Source of the DNA: Chloropicon primus
Taxonomy: Eukaryota
Length of the DNA: 64,000 bases
Reading direction: 5' to 3'
Assembly: GCA_023205875.1 (NCBI GenBank)
Contig: CP060771.1
Coordinates: 310,001 to 374,000 of the forward strand
Position 1 is the first letter of the stretch. The number at the start of each line of letters is the position of its first letter. The notes beneath the pieces are model-generated. The model did not search any database. It worked only from the letters and a program-made list of their open reading frames with translations, and was not told the origin of the DNA. Positions 21,282 to 33,600 of the stretch are shown here, piece after piece. The position numbers and the translations under genes are program-made.

Positions 21282-22646
21282 TTAAATTCTTTGTACAACG
21301 TGGGCCAGGATTGTGGGCTTGTGCACGTACATGTTGATCTCGTTATCATCTACTTCACCGACGTGCGCCTCCTCCTCCTCTTCGCCCTTGCGCCCCCCCT
21401 CTACTTTCTTGTCCTCCGGCGCCGGAACGGACGACGATGAGATGGCCAAGTCTGGTATGTCAATATCCGGAAAGCGGTCCTTCCAAGCGGCGAGCCTCTT
21501 CTCGACGGCCAGCTCAAGCTTATCCTCCAGCTTTCTCTTGCCGCAAACCCCGTAGCTGTCCGGGTCATTGAGAGCCTTCTCAATGTCTTTGGCTCGACTC
21601 GCACACGTGTGTGTGTTGCACTTGAGCGCGGCGCTGATCTTATGGAGAGGCACCTCGCCATCCGCCTCACTGTTGATGCTCTTGTAGAGGATAGCAGCGA
21701 TGGCGGGCAGAGGTCTTTTTCCGGTTGTGAGGAGCTTGCTCTCGCAGAACCTCAAAAGCGAGGCAGACCTTTGCTTGAACTCTTTCAGGACCAGCGAAGA
21801 GTCAAACTCCTCGGTCAATACCCCTTCGTTCTTTAACGTCCCTATCGATTTCATCAAGAGCTCTTGCATGTCCAAGCAAGGCAAGGAAAGCTGCATGATG
21901 CCCTGCAACCGGGTACTCACGTCACGCAAGTATATCGCAGCCGTGTTAATGGCCTCGGCAACATTCTCAAGGAGGAGGGGGAAGTGAAGCTTCCGGCTCG
22001 CGAGGTAAACGCAGGCCCCAACCAAGACCTCAATGTCACCCTTGCTGTAAGCCCTCAGGCCGAACTTCTTCACGAACGCTTCTTCAGTCCGCGGGACCAG
22101 GCCCGCCCCCCCGAACCCTGGCTTCTTCGGACCCTCCGCCTTCATTGCAGAGGTAGAGGCTTGCTGCTGGAGGGAAGAGTTTAACGGCTCTGGAACTTCC
22201 AGCTCCCGGAAAAGGCACTGCACTTCGTGTATGAGATTCGGTGGAAGCCCGAGCTTCTCCCTGAGACTCCGCAGCGGAAACGCCGTCACCTCCCTGGCGC
22301 TGGAGTTGGTGTTCACAACCCCTTCACCCCCCCACTTCGCGCCGCTGCGGATTCCCAGACCACCACGGCGGTGCCCAAAACTGCTGTGCTTCTCCAAGAT
22401 ATTCAAAGTCTTGGCGATGTCCTTATCCGCCTGGTCCAGCTTGACAATGAACCCGTGCCTGCCCCCTCCCAAGTTGTAGGTCAGGTTCAACGAGCCTGTC
22501 GTGCTCACCAGACTCTCCGCGAGGACGTAACCACACCTCTCGCAGGAAACCATGCTCTCTATGTCGTCCAGACTCAAGCACCCTGGGCCCTCGCCGCAGT
22601 TGGGGCAAGACATCTTCTCGAAATCGACGGCTGCGGCCCCACCCAT
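21282..22646 (-). CDS. TFIIB/BRF-related factor
   Basis: N-terminal zinc ribbon CPNC...CERCGYVL; cyclin-fold motifs GACVYLASR and LTTGKRPLPAIAA. Confidence 0.7.
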   Translation of the reverse strand: MGGAAAVDFEKMSCPNCGEGPGCLSLDDIESMVSCERCGYVLAESLVSTTGSLNLTYNLGGGRHGFIVKLDQADKDIAKTLNILEKHSSFGHRRGGLGIRSGAKWGGEGVVNTNSSAREVTAFPLRSLREKLGLPPNLIHEVQCLFRELEVPEPLNSSLQQQASTSAMKAEGPKKPGFGGAGLVPRTEEAFVKKFGLRAYSKGDIEVLVGACVYLASRKLHFPLLLENVAEAINTAAIYLRDVSTRLQGIMQLSLPCLDMQELLMKSIGTLKNEGVLTEEFDSSLVLKEFKQRSASLLRFCESKLLTTGKRPLPAIAAILYKSINSEADGEVPLHKISAALKCNTHTCASRAKDIEKALNDPDSYGVCGKRKLEDKLELAVEKRLAAWKDRFPDIDIPDLAISSSSVPAPEDKKVEGGRKGEEEEEAHVGEVDDNEINMYVHKPTILAHVVQRI

Positions 22647-23034
22647 CGCGAAGCTTCCCTCCAGCTCTCGTCCACCACGAGGCAGTGAATGCTGTCCTTA
22701 ATCCTCAATCCTCACTCAAGTTGTCTCCACGTGGCGAGGAAACAGTTCGACACAGGTTCTCCCAACCCGATATAATGAGACACGTCATCTGTTACGACTT
22801 TCCTGGCCGCATGGCCGAGTCCATTGGACGAACAGGAGCATGACTCTCCCCAGCCTGCAGTCAAAACTCTCCTGCCTTTGGCGAACTCAAATTCTCTCTC
22901 CCGACCACTCCTGGCGTCACACGAGTCGAGTAAATGCTGTACAGAAAGATAGCGAGTTGCTCGTTCGACTGACGCCTTCCTCGAGTCTTCTTTCCCTCTC
23001 TTTCGCCTTCACTGTCCTCGACAAGATTCCTCTG

Positions 23035-23136
23035 TTCGATGCTTCGACACCTTCAGATCCTCTTCATCAAGAAGCTGTCGAGGACTCCGGACGCAAAAAT
23101 GGTCAAGCGAGGGCTCTTTCGAAAGATCTCGAGGTC
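23035..23136. repeat. ~100-bp dispersed repeat in a divergent promoter (second copy ~57992-58094)
   Basis: ttcgatgcttc.acaccttcagatcctcttcatcaagaagctgtcga...tcaag.gagggctctttcgaaag. Confidence 0.9.
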
Positions 23137-23403
23137 TAGTCTCGCGCCACGTCTCCCTCCTTCCCTTTCCTTCCCTTTTTTGTCTCCAACACCCTCCTCG
23201 AAGCCCGCGAAACCCTCCACTCCGTTCGCGCAGTCCAATCAGTTGGTGCAGAACGAGGAGCGTTACCCGGCGGCGACGTCGACGGTGACGGTCGGTGCTC
23301 GTGATAGAGGAGGAGAAGATCGTGGAAAGGGAAGGTGGGAAAGAGGCGGGACTGGAGAAGGTTCTTTTTTGTCTCTTGCTGTTTCCAAAGAGCCCTCACT
23401 TGA
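23103..23403. promoter_or_regulatory. Inverted pair of the 23-bp promoter motif (BRF-like / hypothetical divergent promoter)
   Basis: tcaagcgagggctctttcgaaag ... tttccaaagagccctcacttga, outer span 301 bp. Confidence 0.7.
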
Positions 23404-23685
23404 CGAGAGTGGCGTCGTACTGAGCAAGAGAGAGGCACTGAGGTAGACTGTGGTCCTCAAAGAGCCAAGGTGAGTGGGTGAGCGGGTGAGAGCGATGCGG
23501 ACAAGGAGAGCGAGGAGAGGGACGAGAGAACGCTTCGGAGATGGATCCTTTGTCTCTTTCTCTTTCGAATGATGTCCGGGACGAAAAGAGTGGCGTCGTG
23601 ACGAGAGGAACTGAACGAGGGACTTGAGGTTCTGTCTGTCTCATCTCATCACCACAGGAGGGAGAGGTAGGAGGAGCTGGAGGGG

Positions 23686-24691
23686 ATGACGGGTCGGTCC
23701 TGCCTGGTGGTCTTTGACTGCGGCGAGGGTCAGACGGAGGAGGCCAGGAAACGGATGGTTCGGGAGATGGCCCCCCTCGTTGCTCACGTCTACTGCACGT
23801 TAGAGGACAACGATGTCATTGTTCAGTTTGCCAGGTAAGGAAGCGCACGAGGCGAAGGTCCTCCTTGTGTGTGGTGCTTCAGTCGGGCACCGCAGTTTCC
23901 TTGTTTAGGGCGAAAGATTGCCCCTCCGCTTGGTGTGTTCTGCCACTGACTGACTCTCTGCATGGATGGATGTACTCGTGTGGCTTGTGCGCTCGCGGGT
24001 CCTGCGCGGCCACCACAGCTCTTGCCTGGTCGAGAAAGACTTGTTTAAGGTATTCAAGGACAGCACGGCGGAGCATGAAGCGGGCAAGATCGGGAATGGC
24101 GTGGCTGCAAGTGATGTGGAGGCCTCCCTCCGTCGGTTTGTCGGGGACGACAAGGCTTGCACCAGGCTCTGGAGGAGCATTGCTTTGGACAGAGCAGTCC
24201 TCTTGAAGGGGATATCTTTCGACGGCGTCATCTTACTTGGTGACACTTACACCGGGCTTCAAGGTTCCAAGAAATTAGAGGACATCGTGGGTGCGATGTA
24301 TCGCTTGGGAAGGGTCGTTGCATCGTTTGGCAAGTGCTCTGCCATCGTGGCAAACACGCTAGCAAACGTAAGCAGACGGGCGCACCACAAGCAGATCGAG
24401 TTCTCGCACACCACGGAAGTGTTCAGTGAAGATGAGCGGGGAAACATCGCGCCAGGTGTGATCAAGCCAAGCTGGAACGAGGCATGCAAGGACGCAAACG
24501 TGATAACGGCAAGCGCAACCAAGGTATGACGATGATTGGTGTGAATCCTGTGTGCTCGTGCGACGACTGACAACGCGGACTGACAACGCGGTGGTCTGGC
24601 TTTCCTTTTGCAGTCGAGGTCGATTCAGGAAGGGTGCGTTCTGCTCAAAGACGCGATTGATACGTACGAGGAGGAAGCCAAACGATTGTAG
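23686..24691 (+). CDS. Hypothetical protein (introns 23835-24018, 24524-24613)
   Basis: Three exons join in frame through canonical GT-AG sites; no family recognised. Confidence 0.55.
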
Positions 24692-24959
24692 ACCTTTGGG
24701 TTGTTCCTGAGGGGTTCGAGGGCGCAAGCGCGCGGCCGACAAGCAAATGCTCGACAGGAGGGGTAGGAGGTAGTTGTTCGGGAAGAATCAAGGAGAGGGG
24801 GAGGAAAGAGAGCAGTGGTCACAAAAATAACTTGTCAGTCGAATGAATAAATTTGTATTCTTATTGTTGTTTTTTTTACTTTTCACCTTGGAATGACCTC
24901 TCGCGCTACCCTGCAAAAAAAGAGGCTCCCCCCTGCTTCTCAAAAGCAAAAGCGAGCCA

Positions 24960-26140
24960 TTACTCCAAGAGCTCGTCGTCGTCAGCATCTGGCAAGGGGG
25001 CGTTCACGGCCTGCTGCAACTCGGCCTCGACCTTGGCCTGCGCCTCCATGTCGATGACCACATCAGGTGGAGCCAGGGCTGGCGCCTTGACCAGAGTCAG
25101 GGAGTTGTCACCGACGAGCTTCCTGGCCAGGTAAACGAAGGGCTTCTCGTACTGGTAGTTACTGCGGGCACTGATCTCGAAGTACTGCAAGTTCTTCTTC
25201 CTGTGGAAAATGACGTGCTTGGCCTTGACCTGCCTATTCTTGGAATCAACTTTGTTGCCACACAACACAATAGGGATGTTCTCGCAAACCTTTTGGAAGT
25301 AGAGGATCTCTCAAGTCAGCGAAAAGGAGAACCCAAAGGCCGGGAAAGATCAAGACAAAGGAGCACGATATCGGCAACACACACGCACACGCACACGCAC
25401 AGAGAGAGAGGGAGAGAGGGAGGGAGAGGAGGGAGAGGGTTGGGCAGCCAGGCCTCTTGCGCGCGTCGCCGCTCCGCTTCCACTTACTCTTGTCAGATCT
25501 CTATGCCAAACGGGGACGGACTTGTACGTCAGTCTAGACGTCACGTCGAACATAATGATGGCACAGTTCGCATGAATGTAATACCCTTCTCTCAATCCTC
25601 CGAACTTCTCTTGTCCTGCAGTGTCCCAACAATAGAACCTCAAGGCACCATAGTTCGTATGAAAGTCAAGGGGGTGGACCTCCACACCAATCGTAGGCTC
25701 GTAAGCCTTCTCGAACTCTCCGGACTTGTGCCTCTTCACGAATGTCGTCTTTCCGGTTCCTCCGTCCCCGATCAGCACGAGCTTGAACTCGGGGACTCCT
25801 TCTTGCCTCTGCATGCCAGGAAGAGCCTAAAAAAAAAAAAAAAAAAAAGAAAAAAAAGATCAAGAAAGAACGAGTCAGTCCTCGTGCTCCCCCCCAAAAA
25901 AAATTAACGCACGGAGGCAGGCGTTACGACAAAAACGTCCCCGTCCACCCCCCCCCCCTCTCTCTCTGTCGTCCTCGTCCCTTGCGAAGAACTGAATGCC
26001 AAACGTTCGTGGTTCGATCGATGGATCCACGACGGCTTCTCTTTCGATCGAACCGAAACCAAGAGAGAGAGAGAGAGAGAGGAAAGAAAAGAAAACAAAT
26101 TCGTTCGTTCGCTCGTCCGCCGCGTCCTTGTTCGTACCAT
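24960..26140 (-). CDS. RAN: Ran GTPase (ATG-only first coding exon; introns 25827-26137, 25290-25487)
   Basis: [32 protein letters not shown], acidic C-terminus; spliced N-terminus MALPG. Confidence 0.95.
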
Positions 26141-26161
26141 CTTGTCACCTCCTCGTCGTCT

Positions 26162-26192
<31 letters not shown>

Positions 26193-26280
26193 TTTCGTCC
26201 TCCTCTGCCGATCGATCGATCGATTTGGTTTTTTGGTTTTGGTTTTGTTTTGGCGGTCGGTTTTTTGCGGCGATCGGTTC

Positions 26281-26790
26281 GAGCGAGGAGAGACGGAGGG
26301 TGAGGGAGGGAGAGAGGAGGAGGGTGAGGGAGTGGGAGAGAGAAGGGGAGCAAGGGAAGTGAGCCAAAGGAAGCGTCTTGTCGAGATCTTTCGATTGATA
26401 CCTTGGTTGACGCATTTGGTGGTCGGAGTCCTCGCCGTTGTCGACGAGGAAGAACGATTGGAGGAGAGAGACGGAGGGTGAGGGAGGGAGAGAGGTGGAG
26501 GGCGAGGGAGTGGGAGAGAGAAGGGGAGCAAGGGAAGTGAGCCAAAGGAAGCGTCTTGTCGAGATCTTTCGATTGATACCTTGGTTGACGCATTTGGTGG
26601 TCGGAGGGCATCGGGAGAAAGGAAGGGAACGATTGGGAGGAGAGCGAGAGGGGAGAGAGAGGCAGGGAGAGAGGGGAAGACAGGGGAAGTGACGGGGTAA
26701 CGGTGACGGAGCGTGGTGTTGGTCGGTAGTTCGTGTTGAGATCTTTCGACTGATACCCTGGTTGACGCGTTTGGTGGTTGGAGGGCCTCG
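26281..26790. repeat. Tandem ~178-bp repeat (two near-identical units plus a third partial) upstream of the kinase
   Basis: gagatctttcgattgataccttggttgacgc-type cores at 26388, 26566, 26743. Confidence 0.9.
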
Positions 26791-27027
26791 GGAGAAGGAA
26801 AGCGAACGAGGAGAAGGAGGAGGAGTGCGAGGCGGGAGGGCCTGTGACGACGAGAAGGGTCGCGTGAATCGCCGGCCTTCGTTCCAAAGCGGTCGGATTT
26901 CATGGTTTCGTCGCTTCTCGGAGGACTCTGAGACCAATCGAGGAGACTGGGACGAAGAGGCAGGGAGAAGTAGACGCGCGTCAGGCACCCCGGCACCACG
27001 ACGAGGACGACGACGGCCGCCAACAGC

Positions 27028-29163
27028 ATGTTGAGGAACCACAGCAGCACGAACGTAGCGTCCGCCACGGCGAAGAAGACTTACCCGACGTCGGCGGCAG
27101 ATTACGAGGTGCTCGATGTGGTTGGCCAAGGCGTGAGTGCAAAAGTGTTCCGGGCGCTTTGCAAACCTCTGAACGAGATCGTTGCCGTGAAAACGATAGA
27201 GCTGGAGGGAATGAACAGCAACTTGGAGGAGATCATGCGCGAGGCCAAAACCATGCGGATGGCGCAGCACCCCAACATACTCAGCTTGCACTGCTCCTTC
27301 GTCACCAAGGACAATGCGCTGTGGATGGTCATGCCCTACGTGGGGGGCGGCTCCGTCCTTAGTATCATGAAGTGGGCGTACCGAGACGGCTTGGAGGAGT
27401 CCTGGATCGCCAGCATACTCTGCGAGGTCCTCAAGTCCGTGGCGTACATGCACAAGAACAAGTTTATTCACAGGGACATTAAGGCCGGAAATATTTTGAT
27501 TGACTTGGACGGCCACGTGAAGCTGGGCGACTTTGGAGTGGCGGCCACCATGGAAAGGTCTGGCTCTTGGGGAAAGGGCGGGAACACTAGGCAGACGTTC
27601 GTGGGCACGCCTTGCTGGATGGCCCCGGAAGTGATGGAGCAAATCGAGGGCTATGACTGGCATGCCGACATCTGGTCGTTTGGAATCACCATGCTCGAAA
27701 TGGCCCACGGCCACGCGCCTTTCGCCAAGTACCCCCCAATGAAAGTGCTCCTCATGACGCTTCAAAACGAGCCGCCCAAGCTTGAGGAGTCTTACAAGCA
27801 GAGGCACTTCAGCAAGGCCATGAGGGAGGTTGTCCAGCTGTGCCTGCAAAAAGATCCGAAAAGGCGACCTACGGCAGCCAAGCTCCTGGAGCACAGGCTT
27901 TTCAAGAACGCCCACCACGACAAGGAGTTCCTCGTGAAGCACTTGCTCAAGGGGCTGCCTTCCCTGGTGGAGAGGGTCCACAACTTGTCCAACACAGTCC
28001 AGAAGAGCATGAAGACCAATAACGGCGGCGCGGGGGAGGGCGACAAGGACGTCTCGAGGTTTGCGGCCCAGCAGGAGATGGAGACCAAGTCCCAGGACGC
28101 GTACGTGAAGGGCGTGAGCGCCTGGGATTTTGACGTGAGTGCCCTCAAGATGGATGCCGCAAACGAGCCCTCCGGCGAGGATTCAAAGGCGACCGAGAAG
28201 AAGCTGGGCTTGAACGTTCAGGCCCCGGGCGGATCTCTTGGAGGGCCCGTTCAGGTGACTAGCCCCCTGAGCATCAAGCAGAAGACGCCTGCAGCGCACA
28301 AGGGGAGGTTTAAGATCAATCTGGAAGACGACGACGAGTCGCTGATGAATTCTCCGCCAACCTCGGGCAACAACATGCTGACGAGAAGGCTGAGCCAGAA
28401 GATTCTCGACACGAAGCCACTGGCGCAAGCGACCCAACCCGTTGCGAAGGAGAACGTGAAGAAGGAGCAAAGGGGCAGGTTCTTCATCAGTGGAGAGAAT
28501 GAAGACGAGAGGGACGATGTCCAGGACCTTGACGAGTTGAAAGCGCCGAAGAAGCAGCAGGACATGTCATCGTCCCAGCACGCCCAGTCCTCCGCGGCCA
28601 CCAAGCTCGACCAGGCTGCGTCCGAGTCGAGTGGGAAGCCTGCGAGTGCCGCCAAGGCCAAGGACGGCTCCCAGGCGCGAGGCGGAGCCGGCCCCGAGGC
28701 CTCGGTGTCGCCCCAAGTGGTGCAGTACCTCCAAGGCATGCAGGCGAGCTTGCAGCAGCAGCAGGACACTCTCAGCTACCTCCTCGGAAGCGGCGGCTCG
28801 TTGAAGTTGGGAGGGCAGAAAGGTGCCGCTCTCCAGTCCCCTCGCCCGCACTCGCTGCACGAGTCGGGACAGCACCACGCCCAGCTCCTGAAGTCCTTGG
28901 ACGAAATGACTTTGAGCATAAGGGGGCTCTGCGAAGAGAACGACAAGCTGAAAAAGAGGAACTTGCACTTGGAGAGGGAGCTCACCAAGTGCCAGAACAA
29001 GCTCTTGGAGCTCCAGGAAGCCAAGGAGGAGGAGGAGGAGGAGCAGCAAATGAAGCAGATCGAGAGGGTGAGCTCCCAAGTGATAAACGACAGGGACAAC
29101 GCGAGGCACCTGGCGAGCGCGAACAGGTCGCTCAGCGACAAGTCTTTGACGGGCGGCTCGTAA
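27028..29163 (+). CDS. STE20-family Ser/Thr kinase (OSR1/SPAK/BLUS1-like) with C-terminal coiled coil
   Basis: GQGVSA, HRDIKAGN, DFG, TFVGTPCWMAPE, GHAPFAKYPPMKVLLMTLQN; GRF motifs. Confidence 0.92.
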   Translation: MLRNHSSTNVASATAKKTYPTSAADYEVLDVVGQGVSAKVFRALCKPLNEIVAVKTIELEGMNSNLEEIMREAKTMRMAQHPNILSLHCSFVTKDNALWMVMPYVGGGSVLSIMKWAYRDGLEESWIASILCEVLKSVAYMHKNKFIHRDIKAGNILIDLDGHVKLGDFGVAATMERSGSWGKGGNTRQTFVGTPCWMAPEVMEQIEGYDWHADIWSFGITMLEMAHGHAPFAKYPPMKVLLMTLQNEPPKLEESYKQRHFSKAMREVVQLCLQKDPKRRPTAAKLLEHRLFKNAHHDKEFLVKHLLKGLPSLVERVHNLSNTVQKSMKTNNGGAGEGDKDVSRFAAQQEMETKSQDAYVKGVSAWDFDVSALKMDAANEPSGEDSKATEKKLGLNVQAPGGSLGGPVQVTSPLSIKQKTPAAHKGRFKINLEDDDESLMNSPPTSGNNMLTRRLSQKILDTKPLAQATQPVAKENVKKEQRGRFFISGENEDERDDVQDLDELKAPKKQQDMSSSQHAQSSAATKLDQAASESSGKPASAAKAKDGSQARGGAGPEASVSPQVVQYLQGMQASLQQQQDTLSYLLGSGGSLKLGGQKGAALQSPRPHSLHESGQHHAQLLKSLDEMTLSIRGLCEENDKLKKRNLHLERELTKCQNKLLELQEAKEEEEEEQQMKQIERVSSQVINDRDNARHLASANRSLSDKSLTGGS

Positions 29164-29224
29164 GCCGGGCAGCCTCGCTCTCTCTGGGTGTGCGTGGGTG
29201 TGTGTTGTAAAATACAGTATTATT

Positions 29225-29935
29225 TCATTGCTCGTTCTTCCTGCGTTCCAGCTCAGCTTGCAGCTCCTCCACGCTCAGGTTCGAAAGGTCGGAGGACGTG
29301 CCATCCCCCTCGGCATCCGGGGCGCTCAAGCTCTCCTCGAACGTCGGCGTCGGGGCGGCTGGCTCCTCCGATCTGCCGGCGGTGCCCTCGCCCGCGTCCC
29401 CGCCCCAAGCCGCCGCCGCCGACTCCCTTCGCATCTCCTCCAAGTTCGACTCCTTCTCCTCGTCGCTCGCCCTGTAGGGCCTCGACGCGGACCCGCCGGT
29501 GCCCCGCATGCTTGTCTTGAACTCGTCCAAGCCAATCTCATCCTCGAGCGTGGTCTTGAACTCCTCGGACACCTCTTTCAGCTCCTGTATTGTGGGCTGG
29601 AAGGTCCGCAGCGTCTTTCCAAGACTCTTCGCGGCATCCGCCAGACCCTTCGGTCCGAAGACGAGCAGCGCAACGACGCCGATGACGAGCACCTCTGGCG
29701 TTCCCACGCCAAAGAGCGACGCCTTAGTCCTCAGCCTCGTCATGCCTCTCACACTTCTCCCCCTCAAGAGACCTCTTTCCCTCCTCCTTTCGCTCACCCG
29801 CGATCCCAAAAACTCCTGCCGTCGGTTACGAACAACCGTGACCGGAGTTCCCGCAACGCACGACCACCTCTTCTGCCCCCTGGCGCCTCCGCTTCCGCCT
29901 AGTGCTCCACCCATCGCCAATGCTCTCAGCGTCAT
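29225..29935 (-). CDS. HCF106: Thylakoid Tat component TatB/Hcf106
   Basis: SLFGVGTPEVLVIGVVALLVFGPKGL...FQPTIQEL after a transit peptide. Confidence 0.88.
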   Translation of the reverse strand: MTLRALAMGGALGGSGGARGQKRWSCVAGTPVTVVRNRRQEFLGSRVSERRRERGLLRGRSVRGMTRLRTKASLFGVGTPEVLVIGVVALLVFGPKGLADAAKSLGKTLRTFQPTIQELKEVSEEFKTTLEDEIGLDEFKTSMRGTGGSASRPYRASDEEKESNLEEMRRESAAAAWGGDAGEGTAGRSEEPAAPTPTFEESLSAPDAEGDGTSSDLSNLSVEELQAELERRKNEQ

Positions 29936-30638
29936 GACTTGGATCAATCCACGACCTCTTGCTCAAATCCGGGCCAAATCCTTCGAGGAAACGACGAATG
30001 GAAAAAGGAGAAGACGATGCTTCGCGTGAAAACCTTTCTCGTGTCGTCCAATGACCGCAAACTCCTCGAAACTGGCGATGAAAAGATCCCACTACTGAGT
30101 TCCCCCTCCGCCGACCGCTTATCCATTTGAGGAGAGTGGTCTGAGTGTACCGTATTTTGCATCAAATGGAACGCTCTTGGGGGAAGGGATATTTCCAAAC
30201 TTAACATCTAATTTTTGGTAAGTTGTTATCTCACTTTGTGGTGTACTTCAAATGTGAAGTAGTGGAACATTTCCAGGTCTGGTCAAAGTTGTCTTTTCTG
30301 AGTTGTCACTCAAGGAGACTGTGAAGAGGAGAGAGGGAAACGAGGTGAGTTTGGTTCCAAGTCCCAGTCGACTCCGTGCGCAATGCCGGGAGATGAGGAC
30401 AGATTTCAAAGCGTCACGTTTTTATCTTTCGATTGACCTCTCGCACGGAGCAAACTGAGGCCTTGGTCCCAAGTTTTGGTGCGGAAAGGACTGACTGAAT
30501 CTTCTTGGTCCCTTTGCTGCCATGTTCTGCCGTTTGCTCTGCCACTGCGAAGCTGTTGAGGAAGAAGAGGAGATCATTTTGCTTTGATCTGCTGATCACC
30601 ATTCATTGCTGTCCGAGGAGGAGGAGGAAGAAGGAACC

Positions 30639-33600
30639 ATGTCAAGCGGAGGGGTGAACACGGAAGGGCTTCTGCCATGGGAGGCCATACAGTTGAAAAC
30701 CTTCTTGAACTGGGCCAACTCTTTCATCGGCACGACGGACCCTGAGCTGAAGATTTTGGACCCCAAGACCGAGCTTGCGGACGGCATCAGGCTGATCACC
30801 CTAATGGAGAACCTGACCGGCGAGAAGCTCGGGAGGTATCACAAGAAGCCCAAGATGAAGGTCCATATGGTGGAGAACTTGAACTTGGCCCTCAAGGTGG
30901 TGAACGAGGCGTGCGAGAAGAAGAAGATTGGGTTGTTCTACTCGGCGGAGAACATGATCGAAGGAAACGTGAAGCTTTTCATGGGAATGCTTTGGGTTTG
31001 CATCAGCAAGTTCATGATCGATTTCATCAAGGAGGACGACAAGAACGCCAGGGACGCCTTGCTGTTGTGGTGCCAAAAGAAGACCGCTTCGTACGACAAC
31101 GTGACCATCGAGAGCTACAGGAGCGATGACTTCCAGAATGGCATGGCCTTCTGCGCTCTTCTCCACAAGCACAACCCCAAGAGCATTGACTTTGGCTCCC
31201 TGAGCCCGGCGAACAAGTGCGACAACTTGCAGCTCGCTATGGACGTGGCCAACGAGTGTTACGGCATCCCCAAGCTGATCGACGTGAGCGACATCAGGGA
31301 GTCACCGGAGACTGCTTACTTGGATGAGAAGACCTTGATGACTTACTTGTCCTTCCTGTGGAAGCAGTTCGCGAGCAGCAAGAAGGTGGAGAGGGTGATG
31401 GGCCACGTGTCCAAGATATGCCGCAAGGAACGCGTGAACCGTCAACTGATGCAGGGTTACGAGACCAGAGCCAAGAAGCTCTTGGAGTGGATGAAGAAGC
31501 AAAAAGATCAGTATAGGAACTTTGCTTTCGGCACCTCGGAGGAAGAGGTCAAGGCTTGTCAGCAGGCCCTCTTCGAGTTCAAGAAGAAGGAGAAGCCTAC
31601 CAAGTCCGCCGAGAAGGGCGATCTCGAGACCTCGTTGGCGTACTTGCAGACCAAGCTGCTGACGGAGGGCAGGCCGCCGTACAACATTCCCTCGGGAGTG
31701 AGCAGCCAGGAGATCAGCGAGAAGTGGGCCGACCTGTGCAAGAGGGAGACGAGCTACGAGGACGAGATCACCAGGACGATGATCATGATGAGGCAGGCCA
31801 ACCAGGTCATCAGCGGAATCATGTCCCATGCCGCGCACTACAGGGTGTGGATCGAGAACCTCCTTACCAGCGAGTACTTCACCAACGCCAAGAAGTGCGA
31901 TTCCCTCTCGCAAGCCGACGCCGCTTGCACCCAGCACGAGTTGTACGAGGACTCGTACGAGAAGTACAGGCTCAAGCTCGGAATGCTGCAGAAGAACTTG
32001 GAGAACGTGACCAAGTACACTAGGGGCATCACCCCGACCACCATGGACGAGGGGAAGGCCCAGCTGGCGGATCTCGAGAGCGACTTCCAGAAGCTGAGGT
32101 CCTCGCTCGCGTCGAGGAAGGCTGCGTTGCAGGCCGACCTTTTGAACCAGAGGGCCCTGGATGCCCAGCGCTTAGAGTTCGCCAAGAGGGCCGAGGAGTT
32201 CACCTCCTGGGTCGAGGACACCAAGGACGAGCTGAGCACGACCATCACCTGCGGCTCCGTCGAGGAGGTGAACGAGCTCGTGATGCTCCTAGAGGCGAAG
32301 AACGAGGAGATTTCTGGAAAGTGGTTCGAGATCGATGCCTTGGCGGCTTTGAACGACCAGAGCTGCGGCAGCGAGGACTCCGCGAACCCCTACACCCGCT
32401 TCACTGTCGCCGAGCTTGATTCGATGCTTCATGAGGTCTTGGAGATCGCGAACAACCGCGGCGAGCTCTTGGAAGCTGAGCTGAAGATGCAGACCGGCTT
32501 TGATGAGCTGAGGGAGACGTACTCGAGCGCCGCTTCCGAGTACATGGAGTGGGCCGAAGAGATGAAGAGGAAGGTTGCCACCAGTGATGCCGAGACTGGC
32601 ACCGCGGAGGACGAGCTCAACCTCCTGAACAAGTTGCTGGAGGACCTTGACATCTCTGGAAGGGAGAAGGTCCAAACCGTCGATACCAAGTACGACGCGA
32701 TTACCGAGAACGGCATCAGCCTCACCGCTGGCCGCGTCGATGACGCAGGAAACGCGATCAGGATCTTCTCCCCCGCTGAGATCAGCGGCGAGCACGAGCT
32801 GGTGGGCAGAATCATCCGCGAGAAGAGCGAGCTGATTCAGGAAGATATTGCGGCGAAGAACAAGTCCGCCGTCCCCGAGGACGTGCTTGCTGAGTTGGAG
32901 GAGGCCTTCAAGGTGTTCGACAAGGACAATGACGACAAGCTCGTGGAGAGCGAGTTCAAGGCCTGCTTGCAGACTCTGGACATGGAGTTCAAGGAGGTCA
33001 CCGATGCGAACCCTGGCCTTGCGGACAGGCTGCAGGAGGGCATCTCCTTGCAAGAGTTTGTGGACATCTTGGGCGCCATCTTCAAGGAGCAGGACACTTA
33101 CGAGTATTCCCTCGAGTGCTTCAAGATGCTTGCCGATGGCAAGGACACGATCACTGCGGCGGACTTGAACAAGTCTGACCTTGATCCCGAGGACATCGAC
33201 TTCCTGGAGGAGCTCATGTCCCAGTTGACCGAGCCCAACCAGAAGGGCGCCAGGCGAAGATCTCTCACCGGTGCTCCTGTGCTGGATTACAATCAGTTCT
33301 TGCAGGAGGTTTACCTTGGCAAGGCATCCGCGGCCGCCCAGGAGGAAGCAAGGTTGCAGGCCGAGGCCGATGCGGAGGAGCAAAAGCGTTTGGATGAGGA
33401 GGAAGCCGCGAGGGAGAAGGAAAGGGAGGAAAGGGAGGAAAGGGAGAGGAAGGAGAGGGAGAAGGCTGAGGCTGAGGAGAGGAAGGCCAGGGAGGAGGCA
33501 GAGGAGACCGCCAGGAAAGCTGCTGAGGAGGCCAGGAAGGCTGCTGAGGAGGCCAAGCGCAAGGCCGAGGAGGCCAAGCTCGCTGCTGAGGCGGAGGAGA

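Noticed and set aside
26281..26790. Repeat-spacer look suggesting CRISPR
   Set aside because: The spacers are themselves duplicated and ~150 bp long; eukaryotic context; no cas genes
30130..30330. AT-rich segment with Sm-site-like AATTTTTGG
   Set aside because: No U1/U2/U4/U5 hallmark sequences recognised; probably promoter DNA
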